Shown: positions 63,149-64,000 of the stretch, piece by piece | Numbering within the stretch: position 1 is the stretch's first letter | Layout of the letters: each line of letters starts with the position of its first letter | IMG/VR virus record: IMGVR_UViG_3300048672_000970 | Span: 64,001-128,000 of that record | Strand: one strand, 5' to 3' | DNA length: 64,000 nt | Origin: a virus | Lineage: Duplodnaviria > Caudoviricetes | Translations under genes and position numbers: made by a program | The notes under the pieces: model-generated | What the model was told of the DNA's origin: nothing | The model's input: the letters and a program-made list of their open reading frames with translations, nothing else | The model's database searches: none

Positions 63149-64000
63149 ATGACAAAACAAAATCTGACAGCTCTTTTTGCAGCAGTCCTGGCCCTATCTG
63201 CTCCGGCAGCTAACGCCGCTCTGAACATTCCAACCAATGTGCAAGTTGTGCCAGATTCAACTTCGGCCGTTATTTCTTTCGTGGATACTTCCACGACTGA
63301 AACTGGTTTTGATATTCGTGCTTGTTTCGTGGGTAACTGCGCGGCGACTAGCCCATACTGGAAGTCCCTGGGTACTGTTAACACTGCCGATTCTGCTGGA
63401 ACTGGCGGTGTGGTATCGTTTACTGCTTCGGGCCTGACTCCGCAGATGACTTACAACCTCCGTGTGCGCGCCATTAAAACCACTTCAACAGGTACTGTTT
63501 CTGTTGGTACTGGTTCAGTGAATACTGTGTTCACTACTCTGGCGGGCACTGCTACCCCAGCTCCGGTGCCGACGAATAATCCGGTTGTTATCACTCAATC
63601 GTCGGTGATGACAGTTGTGGATGCGTCTGGTGGTAATAACGGTTGCCCGGCTCCCACACCGGCTCCCACACCGGCTCCCACACCGGCTCCCACACCGGCT
63701 CCCACACCGGCTCCCACACCGGCTCCCACACCGGCTCCCACACCGGCTCCCACACCGGCTCCCACACCGGCTCCCGCAACTGCGAGTTCCTGCGTTGCGG
63801 GCACAGGAGTCGATTACACGGTTGGTACTGGTCAAAAGTATGCCACCCTCGATCTAGTACCGTGGGAAACTCTGAAGGCCGGTGATACCGTTCGTATTTT
63901 CTATTCGGCAACACCTTATACTGGCAAGTTCCTTATTTCAGGTTCAGGTACTGCTACTACGCCAATTCGGGTTTGTGGCGTGAAGGGTGTTAACGGAGAG
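63149..64000 (+). CDS. Signal-peptide protein: FN3-like domain, (PAPT)n linker, probable beta-helix (polysaccharide lyase-like) domain; truncated at window end
   Basis: My translation: [30 protein letters not shown]-, [19 protein letters not shown], (PAPT)x11, [30 protein letters not shown]; open to 64000. Confidence 0.8.
   Translation, partial: MTKQNLTALFAAVLALSAPAANAALNIPTNVQVVPDSTSAVISFVDTSTTETGFDIRACFVGNCAATSPYWKSLGTVNTADSAGTGGVVSFTASGLTPQMTYNLRVRAIKTTSTGTVSVGTGSVNTVFTTLAGTATPAPVPTNNPVVITQSSVMTVVDASGGNNGCPAPTPAPTPAPTPAPTPAPTPAPTPAPTPAPTPAPTPAPTPAPATASSCVAGTGVDYTVGTGQKYATLDLVPWETLKAGDTVRIFYSATPYTGKFLISGSGTATTPIRVCGVKGVNGE
63647..63778 (+). repeat. 12-bp tandem repeat (CCGGCTCCCACA) x ~11, encoding Pro-Ala-Pro-Thr
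   Basis: 10 perfect units plus one variant. Confidence 0.95.

Noticed and set aside
63515-63914. Five ORFs with RCGS, EPVW, GVGA, HRLP and GSHT repeats
   Set aside because: Alternative frames of the 12-bp tandem repeat. Only the PAPT frame has an SD, signal peptide and flanking domains.

Overview
The window is a 64-kb segment of a large lytic dsDNA phage genome (jumbo/T4-like organisation, inferred). It carries a clamp loader pair, a DNA ligase, GroES, Hsp20, tail-fibre genes, six tRNA or tRNA-like genes and spanins, which imply a Gram-negative, probably proteobacterial host. There is no rRNA, CRISPR array or recognisable transposase. From 0 to 17 kb is a dense early or accessory region of small ORFs. 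It is driven by a repeated sigma70-type promoter that has an invariant TGTAAC box 5 nt upstream of the -35 element. From 17 to 24.5 kb is a replication block: dCMP deaminase, two separated minimal DnaE-like pieces, clamp loader and ligase. From 27 to 43 kb are NAD-salvage and nucleotide or phospho-signalling genes (NadM-Nudix, NadV, SLOG-NADAR fusion, kinases, phosphatases). From 46 to 52.6 kb is a prkA-dadA-yeaH-spoVR cluster. Scattered throughout are about 13 genes sharing a T4-internal-protein-like N-terminal motif (M-x-phi-K-x-phi-phi-x-E); most sit directly behind TAAATA (late-promoter-like) boxes and many lack an SD. Seven of them look enzymatic (3 kinase-like, 2 GNAT-like, a nucleotidyltransferase, a lytic transglycosylase), suggesting an injected host-modification arsenal. 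The most unexplained features are: (1) a ~0.9-kb non-coding array at 58.5-59.3 kb of three long hairpins, each followed at a fixed distance by an identical 19-bp box; (2) a tRNA-Leu(UAA)-like RNA locked in a 22-bp extended acceptor helix with no encoded CCA; (3) a second UCU-anticodon tRNA with a Gln-type acceptor stem. All protein assignments are from motif recognition by eye. No database searches were run.
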